Assembly (NCBI GenBank): GCA_015061915.1
Contig: SUVR01000005.1
Span: 101,596-165,595, forward strand
Length of the DNA stretch: 64,000 bases
Reading direction: 5' to 3'
Source of the DNA: Lentisphaerota bacterium
GTDB lineage: Bacteria > Verrucomicrobiota > Lentisphaeria > Victivallales > UBA1829
The notes under the pieces were generated by a model that did not search any database, was not told where the DNA came from, and saw nothing but the letters and a program-made list of their open reading frames with translations. This document shows, in pieces, positions 27,664-37,581 of the stretch. How positions within the stretch are numbered: position 1 is the first letter of the stretch; every line of letters starts with the position of its first letter. The position numbers and the translations under genes are program-made.

Positions 27664-29034
27664 TTATTCAAGATTGTAAAGATTCAGTTTCCGGTGTAAT
27701 GTTCTGCGGCTGATGCCCAGTTTTTCCGCCGCTTTGCTGCGATTCCCGCCACATTCGTTCAGCGCCCGTTCAATCAGCAGTTTTTCATTCCGTTCCAGAT
27801 CGCAGCTCGCTGCCGGGGCAAGCAGACTTTTCGTAATGCCCGGAGAAATGTTTTCCCGGATGTTGGCAGGCACATTGTCGATGGTCAGTTCCTGACCGCG
27901 GCAGAGTACCACCATCCGTTCCACACAATTCCGCAGTTCCCGGATATTCCCCGGCCAGTTATATGCGGAAAGTGCTGCCATAGCGGACTCATCGATCCCC
28001 AGTTCCGTTTTTCCGTTTTCGGAGGCGAACTGTGCCATGTAATGACGCACCAGCAGAGGGATGTCATCCCGTCTTTCCCGCAGGGGCGGCAGCAGCACGG
28101 TCACTACATTCAGACGGTAGAACAAGTCTTCCCGGAATGTTCCTTCCGCCACCATCCTTTCCAGATCCTTATTGGTCGCAGCGACGATCCGGACATCCGC
28201 CTGGATCGTTTCCGTCCCGCCGAGCCGCTCAAAGCTCCGTGTTTCCAGAACCCGCAGCAGTTTTACCTGCACGGAAAGGGGGATCTCCCCGATCTCATCC
28301 AGAAACAACGTGCCGCCGGCAGCCAGTTCAAACCGTCCTTTTCGATCTTCCACCGCTCCGGTGAAAGCGCCTTTTTCGTGCCCGAAAAGTTCACTTTCCA
28401 GTAAGGTTTCCGGCAGTGCGGCGCAGTGTACCGGCATAAATTTACCCTTTCGACCGCTGAGCTGATGCAGAGATTGTGCGATCAGTTCTTTGCCGGTCCC
28501 GCTTTCGCCTTCGATCAGTACAGTGGCTTTGGTCGGAGCGACCTGCCGGACGGTATCAATGACACGGGTGATTCCTTCGGAGGAACCGATGATGGAGGTG
28601 ACGCCGAATTTATCGTCCAGGCGTTTTTTCAGTTCGATATTTTCTTCTTTGATCTGCTTCGTCTCAAGGGCTTTCTTCATGACCAGTTCCAACCGGTCAA
28701 AGTTTACCGGTTTGGTAACAAAATCAAATGCCCCTTTCCGCATAGCGTCTACGGCAGTTTCGATGGAGCCGTATGCGGTGAACATGATACACGGCGGGGG
28801 ATTCTCTTTTGCGAGGGCTTTTTCCAGAATTTTGAAGCCATCGGCACGGGGCATACGGATGTCTGTCAGAACAAGGTCGTATTGATTTTTCTCCAACAGA
28901 TTCAGACCAGCTTCACCGTCCTCGGCAAGCGTTACATTGTAGTCCAAGCGCATAAATTTTGCAAGGACTTCCCGTGTCCCGCGTTCGTCATCCACAAGCA
29001 GAACAGTCGGCTTTGCATTTTTCTTTGTTATCAT
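27664..29034 (-). CDS. Sigma-54-dependent response regulator (NtrC family)
   Basis: REC domain (LVLTDIRMPRADG), AAA+ domain (GESGTGKE, ESELFGHEKGAFTGA) and a C-terminal Fis-type HTH. Confidence 0.95.
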   Translation of the reverse strand: MITKKNAKPTVLLVDDERGTREVLAKFMRLDYNVTLAEDGEAGLNLLEKNQYDLVLTDIRMPRADGFKILEKALAKENPPPCIMFTAYGSIETAVDAMRKGAFDFVTKPVNFDRLELVMKKALETKQIKEENIELKKRLDDKFGVTSIIGSSEGITRVIDTVRQVAPTKATVLIEGESGTGKELIAQSLHQLSGRKGKFMPVHCAALPETLLESELFGHEKGAFTGAVEDRKGRFELAAGGTLFLDEIGEIPLSVQVKLLRVLETRSFERLGGTETIQADVRIVAATNKDLERMVAEGTFREDLFYRLNVVTVLLPPLRERRDDIPLLVRHYMAQFASENGKTELGIDESAMAALSAYNWPGNIRELRNCVERMVVLCRGQELTIDNVPANIRENISPGITKSLLAPAASCDLERNEKLLIERALNECGGNRSKAAEKLGISRRTLHRKLNLYNLE

Positions 29035-29037
29035 CGG

Positions 29038-30207
29038 TTAAACCTCCTCCGGTGCCGGCAGAACCTTGATCTTACGATCCCGCCGCGGCAGGCTGATCGT
29101 AAAAGTGGCTCCAACCTGATCGTGACCGCCGCCATCAACAGAAAGAGAGCCGCCGTGTTCACGAACGATCCGTTCCACGATCATCAAGCCCAATCCGGTT
29201 CCGGTCTGTTTTGTGGTGAAGTATGCTTCAAAAATATGAGCAAGATTTTCCTTGCTGATCCCGCTTCCTGAATCAGTCACGGAAAGGGAAACAAAGTCTT
29301 CGTTGGCGGCGCAGCGGATCCGGAGCAAGCCGCCGTTCTGCATCGATTGCAGGGCGTTCCGTACCAGATTGAAAAACGCCTGTTTCAACTGACCCGCATC
29401 GCCATCGACCAATGGAATATCATCTGCCCAGAGAAATTCCACTTTGACTTCCCGGGCGGTAATTTCGTGGCGCATGAAATTCAGGGACTCCAGCACCAGC
29501 GCCTTCAGATCAAGGGGCTGCAGATCCGGTTTTCCGGGACGGAGTGCGTGGAGAAATTGAGTAATGATGCTGTCCAGCCGTTCCACTTCCTTCCGGGATT
29601 CTGCCAGTTCTTCGATCGTGCTTTCCCGATCCACTTCGTCCCGATCCATTAAACGCTGAAGGTACTGCAGGTGCAGGTAGAGACTGTTCAGCGGGTTTCC
29701 GATTTCATGAGCAACACCGGCAGCCAGCATAGAGATCAGCCGGCTGCGCTCGCTTTCGGCGGTGCTGGACATCTTATCCATAGCGGAAGTAATATCGTTC
29801 AGGATCACCGCATACTGGTCACCTGTCTCCCCGAGCGGGAGCGCATAAACCTGTACGATCCGCCGTTCAGGGTAACACAATTCCAGTTCCTGACGGAGCA
29901 GGGTGGAGTTGCTGTCTGTGGCATCTTCCCGGGGGAGAATGGCGTCCCAGTTTGCTCCTTTCAGAATCTTATCCACGGGCAGATGAGTCAGGTCTTCCGG
30001 CAAACCAAGCATGGATTTTGCTGCAGTGTTGTGATACAGGATCCGACGGCTGCCATCCACCACAATGATTGCTTCATGAATGGTGTTGAAGACCGTTTCC
30101 AGAAAGCCCTGTTCCCGTGCAAGGTGTTGGATCACAGAGTGCATACTGCCGCGATCCAGAGTTTTCAATTTCGGAATGATCCGCTGAATTCGATTTCCCG
30201 ACGGCAT
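29038..30207 (-). CDS. Cytoplasmic PAS sensor histidine kinase (NtrB-like)
   Basis: 389 aa with no TM. PAS domain (FNTIHEAIIVVDGSRRILYHN), H-box AAGVAHEIGNPLN, and N/G boxes (RNALQSM, DSGSGI, GTGLGL). Confidence 0.9.
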   Translation of the reverse strand: MPSGNRIQRIIPKLKTLDRGSMHSVIQHLAREQGFLETVFNTIHEAIIVVDGSRRILYHNTAAKSMLGLPEDLTHLPVDKILKGANWDAILPREDATDSNSTLLRQELELCYPERRIVQVYALPLGETGDQYAVILNDITSAMDKMSSTAESERSRLISMLAAGVAHEIGNPLNSLYLHLQYLQRLMDRDEVDRESTIEELAESRKEVERLDSIITQFLHALRPGKPDLQPLDLKALVLESLNFMRHEITAREVKVEFLWADDIPLVDGDAGQLKQAFFNLVRNALQSMQNGGLLRIRCAANEDFVSLSVTDSGSGISKENLAHIFEAYFTTKQTGTGLGLMIVERIVREHGGSLSVDGGGHDQVGATFTISLPRRDRKIKVLPAPEEV

Positions 30208-30306
30208 AATCTCTCCTGTTTTATGGTGTGACTTTTTTGCTCACTATACCATACTTCCGGATCCCCGGATTGTCAAGTGTCCATCACTCAAAAATGTGAC
30301 TTTTTG

Positions 30307-31527
30307 TCACTCTATTTCATCCAGAGGGAGGAACATTCCGCCAATACGCCAGCGTCCACCGTTTTCGATGTACCGGGTAACCGCTTTCTGCAGACTTGTT
30401 TTGCGCGGGGCTTTCAGCAGTTCAAATGCACCTTCATGCAGGAAGATGAACCAGAGACCATCTGTTTTTGTACTGGCACGGGGAATGGGATGCACCCGTT
30501 TCAGCAGACGGACCAGATTGGATTCCGGGGGCAGGATTTCCGGCAGGTTCGGGTTGAAGATCCAGGAGGAGCAGACGATCGCAACCGGCATATTGTCCGG
30601 TCCGGAATGTTCTGTAAAAAACTGCTTGGCAAGGCGGAAAGACCGTTCTGATTCTTCGCTTGTCATACCACCGCCGGAGGGAATATGCATATCCAGAACC
30701 GGCATACCGTGACCGAGGATCAGATCATATTCTGCCTTGTTGATGGTTTTTGTTTCCCGGTTTGTTCTGCCGTCCGGGGAGACAGGGTTGCCGGTAGCGG
30801 TGTATTCATCTTCGGTATAGACGGATTGAAAAGTGCAGTCCGGGATCCCCGGAGTATTTTCGAGAGCGAACCCGCTGCAGTCAAATTGAAATTCCGGGTT
30901 GGCGAAGATCACCAGCTCTTTTGTCTTTTTGTGACGGAATACATGGCTGTGGAAAGGGTAGCTGATCTTGCGGAACTCAAATCTGCCCAGACGCACCATG
31001 AAACATTCCGGCAGTTGATAAACATAAAGCCAGTTGAACTGCTGCGGGTAAATGCCCGGCTTTCCGGTACCGGCGATATGGTTGTTGCAATAGGCATTCA
31101 GCTGAGAACAGGTGTCGCGCGTGATCTGTTCACTGATGTTGAGTTTTGAGTGCAGTTTTTTCAGGATCGGTACAAGTCCGAGTGCTGCGGCAAGACACAT
31201 CAGGTGAGCGTTGTCTCCGTACTTTTTCTGCAATGGCTGATGCGTCCACGGTTTTGCCCAGCCGGAATCAGTCAGATAGACACAGCGGTAGATCGTTTTG
31301 ATGATCAGTACCGCTGCGGGATCCTGTAATGCAAGCCGGACTGCCTCCTGCAATTCAGAGACCACCGGTTCCGGAATGGAGCAGAAACGGGCGTATTCTG
31401 TGATTGTTTCTTCCGTCAGTTGAAGATCGTTTTCCTGTTCAATAAATTCCGTATGCAGGATCTCCGGCGGAAACAGACCTCCCATCTCAGCGGAGTCCAG
31501 CTGCGCCAATGCTTCGGCAAGAGTCAT
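30307..31527 (-). CDS. Hypothetical protein; possibly the NAT_N/GNAT_C-type acyltransferase-domain family
   Basis: 406 aa, soluble. Blocks VLDMHIPSGGG, SSWIFNPNL and GGMFLP recall the family annotated 'acyltransferase domain-containing protein'. This is from memory only. Confidence 0.4.
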   Translation of the reverse strand: MTLAEALAQLDSAEMGGLFPPEILHTEFIEQENDLQLTEETITEYARFCSIPEPVVSELQEAVRLALQDPAAVLIIKTIYRCVYLTDSGWAKPWTHQPLQKKYGDNAHLMCLAAALGLVPILKKLHSKLNISEQITRDTCSQLNAYCNNHIAGTGKPGIYPQQFNWLYVYQLPECFMVRLGRFEFRKISYPFHSHVFRHKKTKELVIFANPEFQFDCSGFALENTPGIPDCTFQSVYTEDEYTATGNPVSPDGRTNRETKTINKAEYDLILGHGMPVLDMHIPSGGGMTSEESERSFRLAKQFFTEHSGPDNMPVAIVCSSWIFNPNLPEILPPESNLVRLLKRVHPIPRASTKTDGLWFIFLHEGAFELLKAPRKTSLQKAVTRYIENGGRWRIGGMFLPLDEIE

Positions 31528-31539
31528 AATCTTTGCTCC

Positions 31540-32091
31540 TTACACCAGATCCGTGGAAAATGCGTATGCCACGACTTTTGCATCGACCACATCGCCGTTT
31601 CTACGGGCATTTTCCAGAAATTCATTCAGTTTGTCCGGCGCAACAAGAAATGTCTCAATGGACTCTGCCTCGTCGAAATCGGTCTGGATTTCCCCCTGTA
31701 CAGCGGGGTCGATTTCCACTCTTGCAAAAATCAGAAATTCATCGGTCAGACCGGGGGAGGAATATGCCCGGTCCGACAGCTTTTTCAGTTCGCCTTTGTA
31801 GCCGGTTTCTTCCCGCAGTTCCCGTAAAGCTGCTTCGCCCGGTTCTTCGCCGTCATCAATCAGACCGGCGGGGAACTCAATGGCAAAACGGTCCAGGGGC
31901 GGACGGTACTGGCGGATCAGGACGATCTCTCCGCTGTCTTTCATCGTCGCAAGGATTCCGACTGCACCACGGCTGTTTTTCCGGTTGACTGTTTCCCAGG
32001 TCCGTGTTACGCCGTCGTGTCCTTCATAATATATGCGGGCGAGAGTGAGCCAGTCGCCGCTGCCAATGGTCTGTTTTTCGATCCGTCTCAT
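31540..32091 (-). CDS. NUDIX hydrolase (ADP-ribose pyrophosphatase-like)
   Basis: From M at 32091: MRRIEKQTIGSGDW.. with Nudix box GLIDDGEEPGEAALRELREETGY. The track start at 32268 adds an implausible AT-rich leader. Confidence 0.85.
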   Translation of the reverse strand: MRRIEKQTIGSGDWLTLARIYYEGHDGVTRTWETVNRKNSRGAVGILATMKDSGEIVLIRQYRPPLDRFAIEFPAGLIDDGEEPGEAALRELREETGYKGELKKLSDRAYSSPGLTDEFLIFARVEIDPAVQGEIQTDFDEAESIETFLVAPDKLNEFLENARRNGDVVDAKVVAYAFSTDLV

Positions 32092-32132
32092 ATTGTTTTT
32101 CCTGTCTCTTAAAAAAAAATTACAGATTCGAC

Positions 32133-32160
32133 TTGAAATTTTTAAATTCTGTGATAAAAT
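32133..32160 (+). promoter_or_regulatory. Candidate sigma-70 promoter for coaE-rho
   Basis: TTGAAA (32133-32138), 16-nt spacer, TAAAAT (32155-32160) with a TGa extended -10. Lies in an AT-rich divergent intergenic region. Confidence 0.3.
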
Positions 32161-32335
32161 ATAGCATGGTTTGGTAAAAATCCGAAATAAATTTATGAAA
32201 AAATCAAACTTTTTCAGAAAAATTCGCCAAACCGGATGCGAAAAATACTGTAAATCCCAATTTTTCACATTTCTTTTTCAATTTAGATGCTGTCTTTGTA
32301 TTGATGGCTGAATAATTTTTTCGGAGTAATGTATT

Positions 32336-32959
32336 TTGAGAGTTATTGCGCTTACCGGCGGAATCGGCTGCGGAAAATCAACTGCTTCGGCATTTTTCCA
32401 GAAAATGGGAATCCCGTGCATTGATGCAGACAAACTCTGCCACGAACTTTATCTTTCCGGCGATCCGGATCTGCTCAAACAGATCACGGAGCGGTGGGGA
32501 TGCGGCGTTTTGGCAGAAGATGGCAGCCTGGACCGGGCTGCTGTGGCAAATATTGTCTTTCAGGACAAAAATGAGCTGGATGCCCTTAATGCCATGATCA
32601 AGCCCTTTGCCGAGCAGGAAGTCCGGCGTCGTCTGGAACAGTTCCGGAGTGCCGGCGAAAAGGTCGTTCTGCTGGATGTCCCGCTCCTTTACGAGGCGGG
32701 CTGGGATCAGCTGGCAGAGGTGGTGATCGCTGTCTGGACGCCGCCCGCGATCCGGGATGAGCGTCTGCAGCAGAGCAGAGGCTGGGATTTGGCGGAGATC
32801 CGCCGCCGGCAGCAGTTCCAGATGGATGACAACGAAAAACTGGAACGTGCCGATTACGGGATCATCAACAGTGGTACGCAGGCGGAACTGGAGGAACAGT
32901 GCCGTGCAATCTGGGAGAGGATCTGCTCCCACGGAATATCGGATAACAAAATTTTTTGA
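32336..32959 (+). CDS. coaE: Dephospho-CoA kinase
   Basis: (TTG start) MRVIALTGGIGCGKSTASAFF..GIPCIDADK. 207 aa. Confidence 0.9.
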   Translation: MRVIALTGGIGCGKSTASAFFQKMGIPCIDADKLCHELYLSGDPDLLKQITERWGCGVLAEDGSLDRAAVANIVFQDKNELDALNAMIKPFAEQEVRRRLEQFRSAGEKVVLLDVPLLYEAGWDQLAEVVIAVWTPPAIRDERLQQSRGWDLAEIRRRQQFQMDDNEKLERADYGIINSGTQAELEEQCRAIWERICSHGISDNKIF

Positions 32960-32988
32960 GATAGAACAGACGAAAACGAGGTGTCAGT

Positions 32989-35160
32989 ATGGACAACGAA
33001 CCGACCAACACAAACCCGCAGGAAAATGTACCGGTCCAGCCGCAGGAAGCGGCACCGCAGCCGCCGAAAAGACGCGGCAGACCGCCGAAAAATCCGGAAG
33101 CCATCGCCCGCCGCGCAAAAGAAGATGCCGAGGCCGCCGCCGCTGTACAGAAAACGGTTGAACCTGCTCCCGCAGCAGAGCCGCCCGCTCCCGTGATTGA
33201 AGCTCCTGCAGCCCCCGTTCCCGCCCCCGTCGTTCCGGCAGCTGAAGAACCCGCCTCCGGAATTAAAGAAGTCCGCACGATGAGTTTGAACAGCCGTCAT
33301 AAATCTGCTCCGGCGGAACAGACAGAGATTTCTGCAGAACAGCCGGATATCCGCCCGGACAAAATCGTGATTGCCAATGAAGCGCCCGTTTCCGGTGCAT
33401 CTCCTGCCGGTCTGCCGGTCATCGAAGGAGAAAAGGATAATTATACGCCGCCGCCGGAACCGGTCCAGGCGATCGTGGCACCGCCCCCGGTAATGACGGA
33501 GGAGGAACGGGAAATCGCCGAACTGCGCGCTTACAATGCACCGGATTATGTGGAACAGCAGCAGATCGCCCGTCTTCAGCAGCAGCGTCAGCAGCGCCAG
33601 CAACAGCAGCAGAACCGGAATAACAACGGCAATCAGCGCTGGAACAACAACGGAAACAACGGCAACCGGAACAACAACGGCAACCGGAACAACAATGGCA
33701 ATAACGGCAACCGGAATAACAACGGCAACCGGAACAACAATGGCAACAACGGCAACCGGAATAACGGCAACCGGAACAATTACAACAACTATAATCAGGG
33801 CTCTTATGAGGATCAGATCTATGCCGGACTCCGTCGCAGTCAGCGTATGGAGCAGCAGGGTATGATGAATGGTGATCCTGCCATGCCTCAGCCGGATCTG
33901 CCCAAACTCAATATCGCCGAACTGCAGTCCAAGTCCATGGAAGAACTCATGCAGCTGGCTTTGGAACTGGGTGTGGAAGGGGTCGGCGCTCTGGAAAAAC
34001 CGAAGCTGGTTTTTGAGATCCTCCGTGCCAATGCAGAAATGCACGGGATCATGTACGGCAGCGGTTTCCTGGAAGTCCTGCCGGATGGATACGGATTCCT
34101 GCGCAGCCCTGCATACAGCTATATGCCGTCTTCGGAAGATATTTACCTCTCGCCCCAGCAGATCCGTCAGTTGGCGCTGAAGACCGGCGACTTCGTGGCT
34201 GGGCAGATTCGTCCGCCCCGGGAAAAAGAACGCTTCTTTGCCATGCTCAAGGTGGAATCCATCAACCATGAATCCGTGGAAAAAAAGAAGAATATCATCC
34301 CCTTCAACAACCTGACGCCGGACTTCCCCACACGCCGGCTGATCCTGGAAACCAGCCCCGATGAATTGTCCACCCGTGTCATCGACCTGGTGACGCCGAT
34401 CGGGATGGGACAGCGCGGTTTGATCGTGGCACCGCCCCGTACCGGGAAAACTGTCCTTATGCAGAAGGTGGCAAACTCCATCATCAAGAATAATCCGGAT
34501 GTGACGCTGATCATTCTCCTGATCGACGAACGCCCGGAAGAAGTGACCGATATGAAGCGCTGCGTCAGCTCCAATGCGGAAGTCGTCAGCTCCACTTTCG
34601 ATGAACCCCCCGAACGCCATGTGCAGATCGCGGAAATGGTCATTGAAAAGGCGAAGCGTCTGGTGGAATACAAGAAAGATGTGGTGATCCTGCTGGACTC
34701 CATTACCCGTCTTGCACGTGCCTACAATACGCTCCAGCCACACAGCGGCAAGATCCTCTCCGGCGGTGTGGATGCCAACGCCCTCCACAAGCCGAAACGC
34801 TTTTTCGGTGCCGCCCGGAACATTCAGGGACACGGCAGCCTGACCATCATTGCCACTGCCCTCATTGATACCGGAAGCAAGATGGATGAAGTGATCTTTG
34901 AAGAGTTCAAAGGTACCGGCAATATGGAACTGCATCTTGACCGCCGTCTGGTGGATAAGCGGGTCTATCCTGCCATCAACATTGAGGCATCCGGTACCCG
35001 TAAGGAAGAGCTGCTGCTCCATCCGGATGAGCTGCAGAAGATGTGGACCCTGCGCAAGGCAATGAACGGTGTTCCCCCGGTGGAAGCCATGGAACTGATC
35101 ATTGCAAAGCTGAAAAAGATCGGTACCAACGCCGAGTTCCTCTGGACTTTACAGGTGTAA
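32989..35160 (+). CDS. rho: Transcription termination factor Rho with ~300-aa N-terminal extension
   Basis: C-terminal ~420 aa are canonical Rho: [18 protein letters not shown], the CSD-like RNA-binding region, Walker A APPRTGKT and [10 protein letters not shown]. The N-terminal extension is low-complexity P/A-rich then N/Q/G/R-rich. Confidence 0.95.
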   Translation: MDNEPTNTNPQENVPVQPQEAAPQPPKRRGRPPKNPEAIARRAKEDAEAAAAVQKTVEPAPAAEPPAPVIEAPAAPVPAPVVPAAEEPASGIKEVRTMSLNSRHKSAPAEQTEISAEQPDIRPDKIVIANEAPVSGASPAGLPVIEGEKDNYTPPPEPVQAIVAPPPVMTEEEREIAELRAYNAPDYVEQQQIARLQQQRQQRQQQQQNRNNNGNQRWNNNGNNGNRNNNGNRNNNGNNGNRNNNGNRNNNGNNGNRNNGNRNNYNNYNQGSYEDQIYAGLRRSQRMEQQGMMNGDPAMPQPDLPKLNIAELQSKSMEELMQLALELGVEGVGALEKPKLVFEILRANAEMHGIMYGSGFLEVLPDGYGFLRSPAYSYMPSSEDIYLSPQQIRQLALKTGDFVAGQIRPPREKERFFAMLKVESINHESVEKKKNIIPFNNLTPDFPTRRLILETSPDELSTRVIDLVTPIGMGQRGLIVAPPRTGKTVLMQKVANSIIKNNPDVTLIILLIDERPEEVTDMKRCVSSNAEVVSSTFDEPPERHVQIAEMVIEKAKRLVEYKKDVVILLDSITRLARAYNTLQPHSGKILSGGVDANALHKPKRFFGAARNIQGHGSLTIIATALIDTGSKMDEVIFEEFKGTGNMELHLDRRLVDKRVYPAINIEASGTRKEELLLHPDELQKMWTLRKAMNGVPPVEAMELIIAKLKKIGTNAEFLWTLQV

Positions 35161-35195
35161 CGCAACCGGAATACAGACCGTAATCCATAATCTGA

Positions 35196-35232
35196 AAGCG
35201 GGACAGGGTTGGAACTTTGTCCCGCTTTTTCT
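35196..35232 (+). terminator. Intrinsic terminator after rho
   Basis: GCGGGACA (35198-35205) / TGTCCCGC (35218-35225) stem followed by TTTTT. Confidence 0.65.
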
Positions 35233-35251
35233 GTCTTTTTTATGATTTTTG

Positions 35252-35499
35252 TTTGACGCGCCGTACCTTAATGTCGCCGGGGAAACGTTCCCCGGTGATC
35301 CGAACGGGTCTGTTTTTGACGGGCGACTGATCGCAGTATGGGGGTAGGGGGGGAGCCGTCAAAAACAGGGGCGCAAAGCGCCCTCTTACTTGTGCCGCCC
35401 AACTCAACTTCGTTTCGTCGCGGCACGGGGGGATTTTGTTTCACCCCAAAGGTGTGTTTTCATTGTGCCGCCCAACTCAACTTCGTTTCGTCGCGGCAC
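35252..35499. repeat. Structured ~150-bp unit plus two palindromic hairpin repeats, copy B (inverted relative to copy A)
   Basis: 35252-35403 is the reverse complement of 12945-13096 with only a few mismatches or indels. Hairpin repeats GTGCCGCCC-N17-GCGGCAC lie at 35392-35425 and 35466-35499. The spacer 35426-35465 equals the reverse complement of 12795-12831. Confidence 0.9.
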
Positions 35500-35522
35500 G
35501 GGTGTGTGTGCCAGATCCGGAT

Positions 35523-35558
35523 ACTTCGGACACTTCGGACACTTCGGACACTTCGGAC
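35523..35558. repeat. 9-bp tandem repeat, 4 copies
   Basis: ACTTCGGAC x4, perfect. Confidence 0.95.
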
Positions 35559-35738
35559 AGGGGGAAAGCACGCTGAAGGCGTGCGGGAGTATAGCCTATG
35601 GGCTTGCCCATAGGTCAAAGGGGACACTACATCATATGCACGCTGAAGGCGTGCGGGAGGTATTATAACCGTCAACTGCTCCTGCGCTCCTGCAGAGCGC
35701 ATCCGGATCCGTGCAGAAAAATATCTGAAAGGGGGAGG

Positions 35739-36638
35739 TCAGTTTTCAGCGGGGACGGCGAAGGAGCCGCCGCGCCATTCTTTTTCCGCTTCGGAGAACA
35801 GTTCCACGCAGCCCAGTTCCTCAAACTCTTTCCGGACGTTGGGATATTCGGTGCCGAGGATGCCCGCCAGGATCAGTCTGCCACCCGGTTTGACCATGGA
35901 AAGCAATTTTTTCTTGCCGGCGATCAGCGCAGAGGAAAGGATGTTTGCCGCCACGATGTCGTACTGCATCTTGCAATCATATTCTTCCAGTGCAGCAACA
36001 TCAAAGGGCAGGTCTTCATCCGGAATACCATTGACCTGCGCGTTTTCCCGTGCGACCGGAACGGTATCCGGATCGATGTCAAAGGCGGCAACAGGACGGC
36101 ATCCCAGCTTGTATGCGGCGATGGAAAGGATCCCCGATCCTGCGCCCGCATCCAGAAACGAAAGCGTTTTTCCGGCAGCTTCCTGCGTGAACTTATCAAT
36201 GGCGCCGAGACAGGATTTCGTGGTGGCGTGCTGTCCGGTCCCGAAGCTCATGCCGGGATCCAGCGTCAGCACGGTCTGTCCGGCGGGGGCATCGTACTTT
36301 TCCCACGAGGGCTTGACCGCAAGTCGTTCGGAAATGACAATGGTCTTGAAGTGGAGTTTCCAGGATTCCGCCCAGTCCTCCCGGCGGACTTCACCCCGCT
36401 GGAAGTCTTCGAGAACGATCCCGAAATCTTTCCAGTTTTCTGCTTCCGCCGTCACAAAGTCGTAAGCGGCGTCCGCTTCTTCCGGAGTCAGAAAATAGAT
36501 GGTATGGCGGATGACTTTGCTTTCTTCATCCCGCCAGGAACTCATTTCATAATCGAACGCCGCAAGCATTTCGGCGCCTGCGCCTTCGGTTTCCGAGTTA
36601 TCGCGCATACTCACGCAGTAAAGCATTTCCTGAACCAT
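35739..36638 (-). CDS. prmA: Ribosomal protein L11 methyltransferase
   Basis: ..LDPGMSFGTGQHATT.. and the SAM motif FLDAGAGSGILSIAA. 299 aa. Confidence 0.9.
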   Translation of the reverse strand: MVQEMLYCVSMRDNSETEGAGAEMLAAFDYEMSSWRDEESKVIRHTIYFLTPEEADAAYDFVTAEAENWKDFGIVLEDFQRGEVRREDWAESWKLHFKTIVISERLAVKPSWEKYDAPAGQTVLTLDPGMSFGTGQHATTKSCLGAIDKFTQEAAGKTLSFLDAGAGSGILSIAAYKLGCRPVAAFDIDPDTVPVARENAQVNGIPDEDLPFDVAALEEYDCKMQYDIVAANILSSALIAGKKKLLSMVKPGGRLILAGILGTEYPNVRKEFEELGCVELFSEAEKEWRGGSFAVPAEN

Positions 36639-36648
36639 AATTTTCTCC

Positions 36649-37569
36649 TTAAAATTTCGCTACGAGGATCAGCCCGATGATGATCAGGATCAGCCCCGCA
36701 AGTTTCGGTTTTGTTGTTTTTTCGTGCAATAACAGGATCCCGAGGAACGCACCCAGCGGGATGCTGAACTGACGGAACGCCTGAATGTAACTGACATTAT
36801 CCACAAACTGCATCGCCCAGAGGATCAGCAGATAGGCACCGTTGCAGAGGAATGCCGCCAGCAGGGCGTAGGAACAGCTTTTGAGACTGACGATCTGTTC
36901 CTTGAGCTGCTGCCGTTCCTTTCCGTAGATCAGAACATAGGGCGTCAGCCACAACCCGATGGCAACGTTTTCCAGATACAGAAAGAAAAATGCCGCATCC
37001 AGTTTGCCGTGGGGAGCCGCTGCACAGGTTTCCATGATCCGGAGTCCTTCTTTATCTATGACCGTGTAGCCCGTAATGCAGATGGCTGCGCCGAGAGCAA
37101 ACAGCACGGAAGCATTGAGATATTTCCGCCAGTTGACTACGTCTGCAAAACAGCTGTGGGGCAGAATGACTCCGCCGCAGAAAATGATCCCCATCCCGCA
37201 GAGCGCCACGTTCCCCGGCATCTTCCCCAGCGCAAAAAGGGCAGTGACCAGCGGCGTCAGCAGAAGCGGAATGGAGCGTGCCAGCGGATAGGCAATGGAG
37301 ACTTCCCCCAACCGGTATGCGTTGGCGAGTCCGATGTAGTAACCGGTCTGAAACAAACCGGTTGCGATCATCAGAAACCAGAACGGCAGGGGCAGGGCAG
37401 TGAGGGCATCCGTATATCGGCTGAAGAACACCGGAGCGCCGGGGATCAGCGTGAACAGAGTCAGCATCCAGAAGAATGTTGCTGATGGGGCCTTTGCCTT
37501 GCAGATCAGATTCCATGAGGCGTGTGCAACTGCGCTGATAACGATCAGCAGGATCGCAAAAAGTGTCAT
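36649..37569 (-). CDS. EamA/DMT family transporter
   Basis: 306 aa, 10 TM in a 5+5 arrangement. N-terminus LIVISAVAHASWNLICK is typical of the DMT family. Confidence 0.75.
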   Translation of the reverse strand: MTLFAILLIVISAVAHASWNLICKAKAPSATFFWMLTLFTLIPGAPVFFSRYTDALTALPLPFWFLMIATGLFQTGYYIGLANAYRLGEVSIAYPLARSIPLLLTPLVTALFALGKMPGNVALCGMGIIFCGGVILPHSCFADVVNWRKYLNASVLFALGAAICITGYTVIDKEGLRIMETCAAAPHGKLDAAFFFLYLENVAIGLWLTPYVLIYGKERQQLKEQIVSLKSCSYALLAAFLCNGAYLLILWAMQFVDNVSYIQAFRQFSIPLGAFLGILLLHEKTTKPKLAGLILIIIGLILVAKF

Positions 37570-37581
37570 ATCAACTTACTT

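Noticed and set aside
32854-35022. 722-aa minus-strand ORF
   Set aside because: It is antisense to rho. It has no recognisable motif, and its composition is typical of a shadow ORF.
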